A stretch of DNA of 64,000 nt from contig CAZSIX010000009.1 of assembly GCA_964607145.1 (NCBI GenBank), positions 467 to 64,466 on the forward strand. The letters run 5' to 3'. Position 1 is the first letter of the stretch; each line of letters starts with the position of its first letter. A program made the position numbers and the translations under genes. The stretch comes from an uncultured Planctomycetota bacterium. GTDB lineage: Bacteria > Planctomycetota > JAJSAM01 > JAKLKS01. The notes beneath the pieces are model-generated. The model did no database searches and was not told the DNA's origin. It was given only the letters and a program-made list of their open reading frames with translations. Positions 27,957 through 40,100 of this stretch are shown here, in pieces.

Positions 27957-29512
27957 GCGGCGCTTCCCCGCGCGGCGCGGCGCCGGAGCCGCCGCGCTCC
28001 ACCCTCGACATCGCCATCGCGATGTTCCTGAAGCGCCACCGCGCCGTCGTGGCCGGCATCGTCCTGCTGGGCTTCTTCTACATCGCGGTCTGGACACCCC
28101 TGCTGGCGACGAACCTGCCGCTCCACTTCCGCGGCGTGGATCCGGGGGGCGCGGCGCAGGCGGCGCGCGTCGCCCGCCTCGAGACGATGGCGCTGCGGAA
28201 CGCCCTGGCGGGGACGGAGACGCGGACCCGGGAGCAGATCGAGACGTCCTTCGGCGTGGTGGAGTTCCAACTGGATCGCCTGGACGGGGTCCTCGAGGAG
28301 TCCGCCCGCGCCCGCACCGCTCCCGTGCGAGAGCGACTCCGGTCCGTCCGGGACGCGTGGCGCACGCGCCCCGGGGCCGATTCCGCCGACGCGGCGCCGA
28401 AGGACCCCGAGGGCGCGGCGACCCTCAAGGCGCTGGCGGCGGAGATGAAGACCGCCCTGGAGGTGGCGCCGGCGGATCTGCGGACGCGCGACCTGCATCC
28501 CGCGTGGCTGGCCCTCGACTGGCTCGACGCGTTCCTCATGGCGCTCAGCCTGACGGTGCTCCCCGCGGCGTACTGGCTGCGACGGGGCCCGGGGCGGCCG
28601 CGGCGGCCCGCCGTGGCGGCGTGGGTGGCCCTGGTCCCCGCGGTGCTCGCCGCCATCGCCTGGGGGGCCCTCGTGGACCACGTGGACGACCCCACGGACT
28701 ACCGCAAGGGCATCCAGGAGGGGGCCCTCCTCGCCGAGTCCGTGACCTGGGCCGCGGTCCCCTACGGCCTGAACGAGAACAACCTCGCCCTGGTGGCGCA
28801 GGAGCCGGGCCCGCTCCACCCGCTGGGCACCGACGAGAGCGGCCGCTCCCTGCTCTCCCGGCTGCTCTGGGGGTCGCGGATCTCGCTCTCCGTCGGATTC
28901 GTGGCGGTGGGGATCTACGTGCTCATCGGGATCGTCATCGGGGCGGTGGCCGGGTTCTTCGGCGGGCTGGTGGACATCGTCGTGTCCCGGTTCATCGAGT
29001 GGGTCATCTGCTTCCCCACGTTCTTCCTCATCCTGGTCATCGTGGCGTTCCTCAAGGACCGGACCCTGTTCGGGACGGAGCCCCCCCAGCTCCTCGTGAT
29101 CATGGTGGTGATCGGCATCACCTCGTGGACCACCGTGGCGCGCGTCGTGCGCGCCGAGTTCCTGAAACTGGTGGGGCTGGATTTCGTCCTGGCCGCCCGG
29201 GCGCTGGGGGCCCCTCCGGGGCGAATCATCTTCCGGCACGTGCTGCCCAACGCCCTGGCGCCGGTGCTCGTCTCGGCGACGTTCGGCGTCGCCGGGGCGA
29301 TCCTCCTCGAGTCCTCCCTCTCGTTTCTCGGCCTCGGGATCACCGTGCCAAAACCCTCCTGGGGCGGCATGCTGTTCACCGCACAGGCCTACATCCGCGT
29401 GTCCACGTGGATGGTCCTCTGGCCGGGGCTGGCCATCTTCCTGGTCATCACCTGCTACAACCTCGTGGGGGAGGCGCTGCGGGACGCGCTGGACCCGCGG
29501 CTGCGGCAGTAG
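27953..29512 (+). CDS. Oligopeptide ABC permease, OppC/DppC type, with large N-terminal insertion, 519 aa
   Basis: [46 protein letters not shown] and [11 protein letters not shown]. Confidence 0.92.
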   Translation: MSGASPRGAAPEPPRSTLDIAIAMFLKRHRAVVAGIVLLGFFYIAVWTPLLATNLPLHFRGVDPGGAAQAARVARLETMALRNALAGTETRTREQIETSFGVVEFQLDRLDGVLEESARARTAPVRERLRSVRDAWRTRPGADSADAAPKDPEGAATLKALAAEMKTALEVAPADLRTRDLHPAWLALDWLDAFLMALSLTVLPAAYWLRRGPGRPRRPAVAAWVALVPAVLAAIAWGALVDHVDDPTDYRKGIQEGALLAESVTWAAVPYGLNENNLALVAQEPGPLHPLGTDESGRSLLSRLLWGSRISLSVGFVAVGIYVLIGIVIGAVAGFFGGLVDIVVSRFIEWVICFPTFFLILVIVAFLKDRTLFGTEPPQLLVIMVVIGITSWTTVARVVRAEFLKLVGLDFVLAARALGAPPGRIIFRHVLPNALAPVLVSATFGVAGAILLESSLSFLGLGITVPKPSWGGMLFTAQAYIRVSTWMVLWPGLAIFLVITCYNLVGEALRDALDPRLRQ

Positions 29513-29556
29513 CCGCCGTCCCCCCGGGACGCGGTACCGCGAAGGAGGGAAGCGCG

Positions 29557-30621
<1,065 letters not shown>

Positions 30622-31665
30622 GTGGTCGGCGAGAAGATCCTCGAGGTCCGCGGGCTGAAGAAGCACTTCCCCATCAAGCGGGGGCTGCTGGCCCGGACCG
30701 TGGGAACCGTCAAGGCGGTGGACGGCGTCTCCTTCGACCTGCGGCGCGGGGAGACGCTGGGTCTCGTGGGGGAGTCCGGCTGCGGCAAGACGACGGCGGG
30801 GCGCACGCTCCTCCGCCTCCTCGACCCCCCGACGGGCGGCAGCGCCACCTTCCTCGGGAAGGACCTCTTCGCCCTCCGCGGCGAGGAACTCCGGCTCATG
30901 CGCCGGCACATGCAGATCATCTTCCAGGACCCCTACGGCTCGCTCAACCCGCGCATGACGGTGGAGGGCATCGTGGGGGAGGCGCTCCAGATCCACCGCG
31001 TGGCCCCGGATCGGAAGCAGCGCCGCGAGCGCGTCCAGGAGCTGCTGCGCGAGGTCGGTCTCGACCCGGTGCGCCACATCACCCGGTACCCCCACGAGTT
31101 CTCCGGCGGCCAGCGTCAGCGCATCGGCATCGCACGCGCCATCGCGCTGGACCCCGAGTTCATCATGTGCGACGAGGCCGTGTCCGCGCTGGACGTCTCC
31201 ATCCAGGCGCAGATCATCAACCTCCTCCAGGCGCTGCAGGAGCGGAAGAACATCTCCTACCTGTTCGTCGCCCACGACCTGAAGGTGGTCGAGCACATCA
31301 GCCACCGCGTGGCGGTCATGTACCTGGGCGAGATCGTCGAGACCGCTCCCTCCGATGCGCTCTACCGGGACCCGGTCCACCCGTACACGAGGGCGCTGCT
31401 CTCCGCCATCCCGGTCACCGATCCGAAGGTCGCGCGGACGCGGGAGATCCTCGCCGGCGAGCCGCCGACCCCCATCAACCCGCCGAAGGGGTGCCACTTC
31501 CACCCGCGGTGCAAGTTCGCCGAGGACCGCTGCCGGGACGGTGCGAAGCCGGTGCCCGTGTACGACATCGGGGACGGCCACCTCGTCCAGTGCATCCTCG
31601 CGGAGCAGCGCGGCGGCACCGTCGTCGAGGCCCGGCCGTCCCACGTCGAGGCGGTGGAGGTGTGA
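30622..31665 (+). CDS. Oligopeptide ABC ATP-binding protein, OppF type
   Basis: [43 protein letters not shown] and GCHFHPRC. Confidence 0.95.
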   Translation: MVGEKILEVRGLKKHFPIKRGLLARTVGTVKAVDGVSFDLRRGETLGLVGESGCGKTTAGRTLLRLLDPPTGGSATFLGKDLFALRGEELRLMRRHMQIIFQDPYGSLNPRMTVEGIVGEALQIHRVAPDRKQRRERVQELLREVGLDPVRHITRYPHEFSGGQRQRIGIARAIALDPEFIMCDEAVSALDVSIQAQIINLLQALQERKNISYLFVAHDLKVVEHISHRVAVMYLGEIVETAPSDALYRDPVHPYTRALLSAIPVTDPKVARTREILAGEPPTPINPPKGCHFHPRCKFAEDRCRDGAKPVPVYDIGDGHLVQCILAEQRGGTVVEARPSHVEAVEV

Positions 31666-33416
31666 AGCTCAACGTCGGGACCGTGGGGCCGTTCCTGCTG
31701 CCCCTCCTCCTCGGCGTGGGGGCCGTCGCCCTCGGGAACCGGAAGCCGACGGAGGGTTTCGAGGCGGAGAACCGGCCCATCCCCGGAGTCCTCCGCATCG
31801 CGATCCCGGCGAACCCGCCGAACCTCGATCCCGTCGAGATGACGGACACGACCTCCGACGGGATCGTGGAGCGCATGGGGATCACGCTCGTCCGGTACGA
31901 CGACAACCTCCGGCTCGTCCCGGACCTGGCCGAGGCGCTGCCGTCGGTCTCCCCCGACGGGACCGAACTGACGTTCCGCCTGCGGGCGGGCGTGATGTTC
32001 CAGCCGTGGACCGACCTCGAGGGCCGGCGTCACGAGTCGCGCGAGATCACCGCGGAGGACGTGCGCTACTCGCTCGTCAGGCTTCTCGAGCCATGGAGCA
32101 AGCGGTCCTGGCTGCTGGACCCGGTCCTCGGCGTCGAGGAGGCCATGGCCGCCATGGCCGGCCGCTCCGATCGACGGGACGTGAGCCAGCCGGTGTTCCC
32201 CGGGATCGCCGCCCCCGATCCCCGGACGGTCGTGATCCGGTTGAAGGAGCCGAACCGGTTCTTCCCGTACTTCCTCGCCATGAACAACGCGATGGTGGTC
32301 CCCTCCGAGGCCGTGGCCGCGCTGGGGCAGCGGTTCGGGCGGCAGCCCGTGAGCGGCGGCCCCTACCGGCTGGTCTCGTGGAAGGACAACCACAAGGTCG
32401 AGTTCGAGCGGTTCGACGGCTACTTCGGCGAGCGCCCCGTCCCCGATCGAATCGTCTTCTACGTGATCCCCGACGAGGAGACGACGTTCCAGGCGTACCT
32501 CAACGGCGACCTCGAGATCGTCCAGGCCCCCTACGGCAAGGTCGAGAGCATCCGCCGATCGAACATCGGTCGGGAACTCGTCGTCAATCCGCTGGGCGAC
32601 GTCCGGTTCCACGGGTTCAACATGGAGAAGCCGCCCCTCGGTGGCAACACGGAGAAGGGCAAGAACCCCGTCCCGATGTCGGCCGAGGACAAGGTGCGCG
32701 CGCGGAAGCTGCGCCAGGCCTTCAACTGGGCCGTGGACCGGGACTTCCTCTGCGAGAGCGTGCTCGAGGGGCGTGCGGTTCCCGCCCGAGGGGCGCTGCC
32801 CCCCGGCATCCGCGGGTACAACCCCGACCTGAAGGGCTACGGGTACGACCCGGAGCGGGCGAAGCGCCTGCTGGCGGAGGCCGGGTATCCCGGAGGCAAG
32901 GGGCTCGGGAAGATCCCCTACCACTTCAACAGCCAGCCGCCCAACCCGACCGTCGCGCAGAACCTGCAGGAGATGTTCCGCAGGGTGGGGGTCGAGACGG
33001 AACTGCATCAGATGGACTGGGGCGCCTACCAGAACTACATCGACGAGGGCAAGGCGACGTTCTTCCGTCTCGCCTGGATCATGGACTACCCGGAGGCGGA
33101 GAACTTCCTCTACGTGCTGTTCCACTCGAGTTTCGTCGGCTCCGCCGGCAACAACCCGCGGACGCAGAACGAGGCGCTGGATCGACTGCTGGAGCAGGCG
33201 CGCGCATGCACCGATCCGGAGGAGGAGGTCCGCCTCTGGCGCAAGGCGGAGGAGATGGTCGTGGAGGAGGCGCCGTGGGTCTTCCTCTACCACAGCGCCA
33301 CCGCCCTCCTCGTGAAGCCCTACGTGAAGGGACTGGTCCTCACGCGGATGGACTCCGGCCCGGAAGTGCAGCAGGCCGACCTCGGCAAGGTCGCCGTCGC
33401 GGCGGTGGAGCGGTGA
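31662..33416 (+). CDS. Second peptide ABC substrate-binding protein (family 5), 584 aa
   Basis: [41 protein letters not shown] and [15 protein letters not shown] overlap with oppF. Confidence 0.92.
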   Translation: MKLNVGTVGPFLLPLLLGVGAVALGNRKPTEGFEAENRPIPGVLRIAIPANPPNLDPVEMTDTTSDGIVERMGITLVRYDDNLRLVPDLAEALPSVSPDGTELTFRLRAGVMFQPWTDLEGRRHESREITAEDVRYSLVRLLEPWSKRSWLLDPVLGVEEAMAAMAGRSDRRDVSQPVFPGIAAPDPRTVVIRLKEPNRFFPYFLAMNNAMVVPSEAVAALGQRFGRQPVSGGPYRLVSWKDNHKVEFERFDGYFGERPVPDRIVFYVIPDEETTFQAYLNGDLEIVQAPYGKVESIRRSNIGRELVVNPLGDVRFHGFNMEKPPLGGNTEKGKNPVPMSAEDKVRARKLRQAFNWAVDRDFLCESVLEGRAVPARGALPPGIRGYNPDLKGYGYDPERAKRLLAEAGYPGGKGLGKIPYHFNSQPPNPTVAQNLQEMFRRVGVETELHQMDWGAYQNYIDEGKATFFRLAWIMDYPEAENFLYVLFHSSFVGSAGNNPRTQNEALDRLLEQARACTDPEEEVRLWRKAEEMVVEEAPWVFLYHSATALLVKPYVKGLVLTRMDSGPEVQQADLGKVAVAAVER

Positions 33417-33417
33417 A

Positions 33418-34359
33418 GTGACCGGCTACATCGCGCGCCGCCTGCTGCAGATCCTCCCGGTCCTCCTCCTCGTCTCCATCATCACGTTCTCCATCTCGTT
33501 CCACACCCCGGGAGATCCGGCGCGACTCCTCCTCGGCCAGAAGGCGCCGCAGGAGACCATCGACCGCACGCGCAACGAACTCGGCCTCAACGATCCGTTC
33601 TGGACCCAGTACGGCCGCTACATGGGCAAGGCGATCCGCGGGGACCTCGGACGGTCGTACGCGAAGAAGGGGATGGACGTCCGGGAGATCATCTCGGAGA
33701 AGTTCGCGCTGACGGTGCGGCTGGCGATCCTGGCCACGCTGCTCTCCAGCCTCCTGGGCGTCACGGCGGGCGTGCTCTCCGCCATGCGGCCCTACTCCTG
33801 GCTGGACTACGGCTCCATGCTGCTGGCGCTGCTGGGAGTCTCCCTCCCGGCGTTCTACCTCGGCTTCCTGCTCATCGTGTTCGTGGCGCGCCCCCTCGGG
33901 CTCCCCGTGGGCGGGTACGCGGACGACACCCTCTGGCAGCAGTTCCGGCACCTCCTCCTTCCGTCGCTCGTGCTGGGCTCGCTCACGGCGGCGGTGGTGG
34001 CGCGCCTCACGCGATCCGCCATGCTCGACGTCCTCGGCCAGGACTACATCCGCACGGCGCGCGCGAAGGGACTCGGAGAGCGGATCGTCGTGGTCCGGCA
34101 CGCGCTGCGCAACGCCGCCATCCCCATCGTGACGGTCATCGGCAACAACTTCGGCGGGCTCCTCGTGGGGGCCGTCCTCACGGAGACGGTGTTCGGGCTG
34201 CCGGGGCTGGGCCGCGAGATCGTCCAGGCGATCTTCCAGAGGGACCGGGAACTGATCGCCGGCGGCGTCCTGTTCATGGCGGGCATCTTCGTGAGCGTCA
34301 ACCTGCTGGTGGATCTGACCTACGCATGGTTCGACCCCCGCGTGAGGTACGACCATTGA
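33418..34359 (+). CDS. Second OppB/DppB-type permease
   Basis: YIARRLLQ, GDLGRSY and [12 protein letters not shown]. Confidence 0.94.
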   Translation: MTGYIARRLLQILPVLLLVSIITFSISFHTPGDPARLLLGQKAPQETIDRTRNELGLNDPFWTQYGRYMGKAIRGDLGRSYAKKGMDVREIISEKFALTVRLAILATLLSSLLGVTAGVLSAMRPYSWLDYGSMLLALLGVSLPAFYLGFLLIVFVARPLGLPVGGYADDTLWQQFRHLLLPSLVLGSLTAAVVARLTRSAMLDVLGQDYIRTARAKGLGERIVVVRHALRNAAIPIVTVIGNNFGGLLVGAVLTETVFGLPGLGREIVQAIFQRDRELIAGGVLFMAGIFVSVNLLVDLTYAWFDPRVRYDH

Positions 34360-35228
34360 GCGAGCCCGACGCCGCCACCGGCCGCTCCCCGACCGCACTC
34401 GCGATCCGGAGGCTCCTCAGGAGCCACACGGCCATCGCCGGCCTGGGAATCACCGGCGCCCTGGTCCTGGCGGGGCTCCTGGCGCCACTGGTCGTCGGCG
34501 ACGCGTACAAGGCGTCCGATCTGGAGGCCATCCGACTCCCGCCGGGCTCGCCGGGCCACCTGCTGGGCACCGATGAACTGGGCCGCGACATCCTGGCGAG
34601 GCTCCTCCGCGGGGCGAGTCTCTCGCTCAAGATCGGTGTCGGCGCCACGGCCCTTGCCGTGGTGTTCGGCACGCTCGTCGGGGCGGTGTCCGGCTACGTC
34701 GGCGGGTGGGTGGACACGGTCCTGCAGCGGATCACGGACACGTTCATGGCGTTCCCGACGCTCCTCCTCGCCATCGGCATCACCGCCGTGTTCGAGAACC
34801 CGTCGGAGACCATCCTCTTCATCGTTCTCGGCGTGGTCTCCTGGCCACCGGTCACGCGCGTCGTCCGAGGGCAGTTCCTCTCCCTCCGCGAGCAGGACTT
34901 CGTGCTGGCGGCGCGGAGCCTCGGGGCGCCGGGCACCCGGATCATCTTCCGCCACCTCCTTCCCAACTGCATCGGACCCATCGTCGTCCTCGCGACGCTG
35001 GAGGTGGCCACGAACATCCTCGCCGAAGCGGGGATGTCGTTCCTGGGCATCGGCGTGCAGCCGCCGGAACCCTCGTGGGGGCGGATGCTGCTGGACGCCC
35101 AGAAGTACATGGGCGAGTCGCCCTGGATGATGGTCTACCCGGGGGCCGCCATCGTGCTCACCGTCCTCGGTCTCAACTTCTTCGGGGACGGACTGCGGGA
35201 CGCCTTCGACCCGCGGATGAAGGCCTGA
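34356..35228 (+). CDS. Second OppC/DppC-type permease
   Basis: HLLGTDELGRDILARLL, QDFVLAARSLGA and GDGLRDAFDPR. TTGA overlap. Confidence 0.94.
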   Translation: MSEPDAATGRSPTALAIRRLLRSHTAIAGLGITGALVLAGLLAPLVVGDAYKASDLEAIRLPPGSPGHLLGTDELGRDILARLLRGASLSLKIGVGATALAVVFGTLVGAVSGYVGGWVDTVLQRITDTFMAFPTLLLAIGITAVFENPSETILFIVLGVVSWPPVTRVVRGQFLSLREQDFVLAARSLGAPGTRIIFRHLLPNCIGPIVVLATLEVATNILAEAGMSFLGIGVQPPEPSWGRMLLDAQKYMGESPWMMVYPGAAIVLTVLGLNFFGDGLRDAFDPRMKA

Positions 35229-35239
35229 GGAGATCCCCC

Positions 35240-35671
35240 GTGTCCCGATCCGTCATCCGCACCGACTCCGCGCCGAAGGCCATCGGGCCCTACTCGCAGG
35301 CGGTCGTCGCCGACGGCTGGCTCTGGTGCTCCGGGCAGATCCCCCTGGACCCGGCGACGGGCGCCATCGTCGGCGGCGGGGACGCCGTGGCCCAGGCGGA
35401 GCGGGTGCTCGCCAACCTCCGGGCGGTGGTGGAGGCGGCGGGGGGCACGCTGGCGGATGCCGTCAAGGTGACCATCTACCTCAAGGACATGGGGACCTTC
35501 GCGGCGGTGAACGAGGTCTACGGGCGGTACTTCCCCGGTGGTTCGCCGCCGGCGCGGGCGACGGTGGAGGTGGCCCGGCTCCCGAAGGACGTGCTCGTCG
35601 AGATGGACCTCGTTGCGCGCCTCCCCGAGGGTGCCCGCCGTCCCGCCTACACCGAGGGCCGCTCCGCCTGA
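35240..35671 (+). CDS. RidA/YjgF/UK114 family imine deaminase
   Basis: APKAIGPYSQAV, SGQIPLDP, VKVTIYL, FAAVNEVY, PARATVEVARLP and VEMD. Confidence 0.95.
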   Translation: MSRSVIRTDSAPKAIGPYSQAVVADGWLWCSGQIPLDPATGAIVGGGDAVAQAERVLANLRAVVEAAGGTLADAVKVTIYLKDMGTFAAVNEVYGRYFPGGSPPARATVEVARLPKDVLVEMDLVARLPEGARRPAYTEGRSA

Positions 35672-35740
35672 GCGGCGGTGAGCGGAGCGACGCCGCTCAC
35701 GGCCTTGCAGGCGGCGACGACCGGCCGGTGCGCGCTGCTC

Positions 35741-36157
35741 TCAGGCCGGCGTCGCCCCGCTGGGAAGCGAGAGGACGCGGCGCACCTCCGCCAGCAGATC
35801 CTCGTTCTGGAACGGCTTGATGAGCATGCCCGCGGCGCCCTCCCGGCGGAGCCGCTCCAGGTCGAACTCCGTGGTCAGCCCCGTCATGAGGAGTACGCGC
35901 GGCCGATCCTCCGCCAAGGGTCGGTCGGCGACGAGCCCGCGGAGGACCTCCCAGCCCGAGGCGCCGGGCATGCGGATGTCGAGCAGGGCGAGGTCGAAGG
36001 ATTCGGCGCGCAGCAGCGCCAGGGCCTCCGTCCCGTCCCGGGCCTCGACGACGACGTGGCCGGCGCTCTTGATCACGATGCTGGCCAGCGAACGGAACGG
36101 CCCGTCGTCATCGGCGACGAGAACCCGAGCCGCGGTCCTGAAATCTGCCCTGTCCAT
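35741..36157 (-). CDS. Single-domain response regulator (CheY-like), 138 aa
   Basis: VLVADDD, LLDIRMPGASG, MTG and IKPF. GGGAGAGGGAG upstream of ATG 36157. Confidence 0.9.
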   Translation of the reverse strand: MDRADFRTAARVLVADDDGPFRSLASIVIKSAGHVVVEARDGTEALALLRAESFDLALLDIRMPGASGWEVLRGLVADRPLAEDRPRVLLMTGLTTEFDLERLRREGAAGMLIKPFQNEDLLAEVRRVLSLPSGATPA

Positions 36158-36240
36158 GCTCCCTCTCCCGGCCCGGAAGCGTCGCCCGGGGCGGCGGCGC
36201 ATCATACCCCCCCCGCTCGGGGTGGGCGGCGGATCGCCCC

Positions 36241-36978
36241 CTACGCCGGGGGCAGCGCGTACTGCCCCTGCAGGATCTCCATCAGACCGGCGAAGTCCGC
36301 GACCTCGTGGTGGGCCGGGGGATCGGCGGCCACGCCGGCGTGCTTGCCGTCCGGCGACCTCATGCGGACGGTCCACATCCCGAGGGAGCGGGCCGGCGCG
36401 ATGTCGGCCCTGGGATTGTCCCCCACGTACAGGCACCGGGCGGGCTCGATGCCGACGCAGGCGCACGCGCGCTGCCAGAGCTTCGGGTTGGGCTTGGAGA
36501 TGCCGATGGAGTCGCTGATGAAGATCGCCCGGGGGTCCAGCCAGGGGTAGATGCCCAGGCGGACGATCTTCTCGGCCTGCTTGACCTCGAGTCCCTCCGT
36601 GATGACCCCCAGCACGAGGCCGGTCGTCTCGCGGAGCCGCCGGAGGCCGTCGAGAACGCCGGGGAACGCGCGGAACGCCTCGACCTTCGTGTTGTGGTAC
36701 GCCGCCACCCCCGCGGCCACGAGGATGCCCCGCGGATGTCCGCCCAGCGCCTCCGGCGGGAAGCGCCGGAGCAGCCGGTCGTAGTGGGCATCGTAGTTGG
36801 AGCCGAACTCGGCGATGACCTCGTCCAGTTCGCGGAGGAGATCGTCCGCGGAGATCCGCATCCCGCCCAGGGCGACCATGGCCTCCATGGCGCGTCGGCG
36901 CGCGCCGGAGGCGAACGCGGCGGTCGAGTAGAGCGTGTCGTCCACGTCGAAGAACACGGCGCGGAGCGGGGGAGGCAT
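36241..36978 (-). CDS. HAD-superfamily hydrolase
   Basis: FDVDDTLY motif I, ITEG motif II, SKPNP motif III and YVGDNPRADI motif IV. Confidence 0.93.
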   Translation of the reverse strand: MPPPLRAVFFDVDDTLYSTAAFASGARRRAMEAMVALGGMRISADDLLRELDEVIAEFGSNYDAHYDRLLRRFPPEALGGHPRGILVAAGVAAYHNTKVEAFRAFPGVLDGLRRLRETTGLVLGVITEGLEVKQAEKIVRLGIYPWLDPRAIFISDSIGISKPNPKLWQRACACVGIEPARCLYVGDNPRADIAPARSLGMWTVRMRSPDGKHAGVAADPPAHHEVADFAGLMEILQGQYALPPA

Positions 36979-37054
36979 GGGCCCCGATTGTAGTGGGGGC
37001 GCGGGGGTGGTCGCAACGGACGGCTGCCGCGGGCGGGTCGCCGACCACGGGTCC

Positions 37055-37098
37055 GCGGGAATCGAAGGGGCCGGCCCCGTGAGGTCGGGGCCGGCCCC
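37055..37098 (-). terminator. Terminator-like hairpin downstream of the secretin gene
   Basis: GGGGCCGGCCCC-N8-GGGGCCGGCCCC (each arm self-palindromic), followed on the minus strand by TTCGATTCCCGC. Confidence 0.6.
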
Positions 37099-37123
37099 GG
37101 AAAGGTCCGCGAAGGGCGCCCGG

Positions 37124-40100
37124 CTAGCGGCTGCCGAAGCTCCCGTACAGCGACGACTGGTCCGTCGGGTCGCTGATGCGCGCCCGGACGATGATGATGA
37201 GGTTCTTGAATTCGCGCTCGTCGACGCGGCGCGTGAAGAAGAAGGACACGATGGGGATCTTCGAGAGCAGCGGGGTCTCGAGCTTCAGGTAGGCCTCGTT
37301 GATGTTCTTCAGGCCGCCCATGAGGAGGGTCCCGTTGTTGGGGACCCGGACCGTCGTCTGCGCCTTCTGGATGTTGATCTCGGGGAGTTGCAGGGTGACC
37401 GGGGTCGTGAACGCGCCCAGGGACGTGGTGAACGGCTGCATGGGGCGCTGGAGCGTGGCGATGGTGGGCTGGAGCTGCAGCGTCACGTACCGCCGGTCGT
37501 TGCTGACCGTCGGGCGCACGTCCAGCGCCATGCCGTCCTGGATGATGGAGACGATGGGGTCGGCGATGAACGCCGTCTGCGCGACCTCGACGTCGAAGTC
37601 CTGCACGAAGGCGAGCTGGTTCAGCAGGGTGATGTTGGCGCGCTGCGTGTTGTAGACGGTGAGGTTGGGGGACTGGAGGACGCGGGCCTCCTGCTTCTTC
37701 TCCACCGCCTGCCAGATGAGGCTGAGCTGCGCGTCGTCGAGCAGCGTCCACTGGAGGACGGCGCCGCCGACGCTGGTGAGCGTGCCCACGGGACCGGAGT
37801 CCTCGATGTGCTCGGTCCGGGCGCGGTAGTCGCCGTCGGAGTTGTCGTTGAAGAACGCGCCGGAGGAGGGCTTGCCGGAGGCGTTGACGAAGCCGATGCC
37901 GCCGTTGTCGAAGCCCACGGAGGCCTTGTCGTCGAGGCCGTTGGTGACGTCGTCCAGGACGGAGGTGAGGCCGGTCTGACCGCCGAGGCCGCGAAGGCTG
38001 ACGCCGACGTCGCGCAGGAAGCCGTCCGTGACGGACAGGAACCGGGTCTCGATGTTCACGACGATGCCGGAGAACTTCCGGAGGTCGTTCAGGAAGCGGT
38101 CGACGGCCTCCTGCAGGGCGGGCTCGGCGACCACCAGGAGGTTGGACTCGCCCTGGCCGTCGACCTTGTTGACGTCACCCCAGACGTCGGGGCCGTCGCC
38201 CACGTGGTCGCGGATGAGGGCCACCAGGTCCTCCACGCCGCCGTACTGCTGCTTGCCCTCCTCGACCTTGCCGAAGGCGGGGGCGTTCTCGTCCTGCTCC
38301 GCACCCGCGGGCTTCAGGATGAGGTTGGGGGCGACGAAGTCGTTGATCTTCATGGTGAGGTCGCCCACGGGGTGGATCTTGACCACGGGGGCCTCGCGCG
38401 CCAGTTCCGGCTTGGTGATGAGGACGAAGTTGCCGCGGACGCGGTAGGTGAGCCCCGCGACGTTGCGCAGCAGGACCGCCAGCGCGTCGCCCAGGGGGAC
38501 GTCGGAGAGCTTGATGGAGGGCAGGGGCTGGGCATCGGCGTCGCCGCGCACCTGCTCGTCGACGAGGATGTTGATCCCGTGGCGGGCGGAGAGGAACTGG
38601 ACCGCCTGGCTGAGCGTCTGGCCGTCGAAGGTGAAGCCGGTCTTCTCCTGGGCGAGCCGGTTCCGGAGGGCCGCCGAGTCGGGCGAGTCCTCCGCGCCAC
38701 CGGTGATCTGGCCCAGGTTCTTCCTGAGCCGCGTGATGCGGTCCCAGTGCTCGGCGGAGGGCGGGTTGACGAGCCCGCTCCACGGGATCATGGCGTCCTG
38801 CATGTCCATGCGCCAGGCGTGGAAGCGCTCCTTCTCCAGCTTGCGGGTGGCCTCCTTCGTCTGGCCGTGGCGGGACCGCTGCGCGGCGACCATGAGGTCC
38901 TTCGCGCGGGAGTTCGTGGGCTCCATGTCGAGGGCCTGGCGAGCCAGTCGCTCCGCCCCGTCGAAGTCGTCCCGGTCGAAGGCGGCCAGGGCGTCGGTGA
39001 AGATGGCCTGCCACTTCTCCCGCTCGGCGCGGAGGCGCGCCAGCTCCTGCGCCTTGACCTGCGTGTAGGCCTCTTCGGCCTGGCGGCGCCGGGACTCCTC
39101 GGCGGAGCGCTCCCGGGCGGTGCGCGCGTCGGCGAGACGCGCCTCGGCGTCCGTGCGGAGGCGGCCCCAGGAGATCCCGTAGGGGTCGGCCTGCATGATG
39201 GCGAGGGACTGCTCGAAGGAGGCGATGGCGCCCTCGTGGTCGCCGGCGGAGGTGCGGGACTTGCCCTGGTCGTACAGGGCCTTGGCCTTGGCCTGGGACA
39301 TCTCCATCTTCATCTGGCGCTCCGCCACGAGGCGTCCGGCGGTCTCGCCGATCTCGCCGGTCCGCTCGCCCAGGGCGGCGCGGGCGCGCTGCAGGAGGTC
39401 GCGGGCGGCGGGGTTGTCACCCTGCTGGTCGAGGGCCTTCTGGGCCCACTGCTTGGCATCGTCGAACTGGAGCGCGGCGAAGGCCTGCTCGCCCATGCCC
39501 ACGTACCGCTCCGCCAGGAACCGCGCCTTCTCCACGGCGAGGCGCTTCTCCGCGGAGAGGGCCTCGAGGGTCTTCTTCGCCTCGTCCTGCTTCACCTGGT
39601 CGGGGCTCTTGACCATGGGGGCCGGGCGGGTGGGCTCGACGGGCTTGGGGGCCTCGACGGGCTTGGGGGCTTCGACGGGCTTGGGGGCTTCGACGGGCTT
39701 GGGGGCTTCGACGGGCTTGGGAGCCTCGACGGGCTTGGGGGCCTCGACGGGCTTGGGGGCCTCGACGGGCTTGGGGGCCTCGACGGGCTTGGGAGCCTCG
39801 ACGGGCTTCTTGACCTCCACGGGCTTGGGGGCCTCGACGGGCTTCTTGCCGTCGTCGGGCCGAACGACGGGGGTGGGGGCCGGCGGCTTGGGAGCCGGGG
39901 GCGGGGGGTCGATGCTGACGGGAGGCTTGGGGGGCGGCGCCGGCTCGTCGGGGGCGGGCGCCGGCGCGGGAGCCGGGGCGTCGGGCTTCTTCGGCTCCTC
40001 CTTGGGAGGCGATGCCTTGGCGACCTCGACGGGCTTCTTGGCTTCGCCGGAGGGGGCCGGGGCCTTGTCGGCCGCCGGGGCGGGAGTCTTCCCGGGCTCG

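Noticed and set aside
39636-39845. Tandem repeat as a CRISPR array
   Set aside because: Units are contiguous 18-mers with no spacers, lie in frame within a gene, and there are no cas genes.
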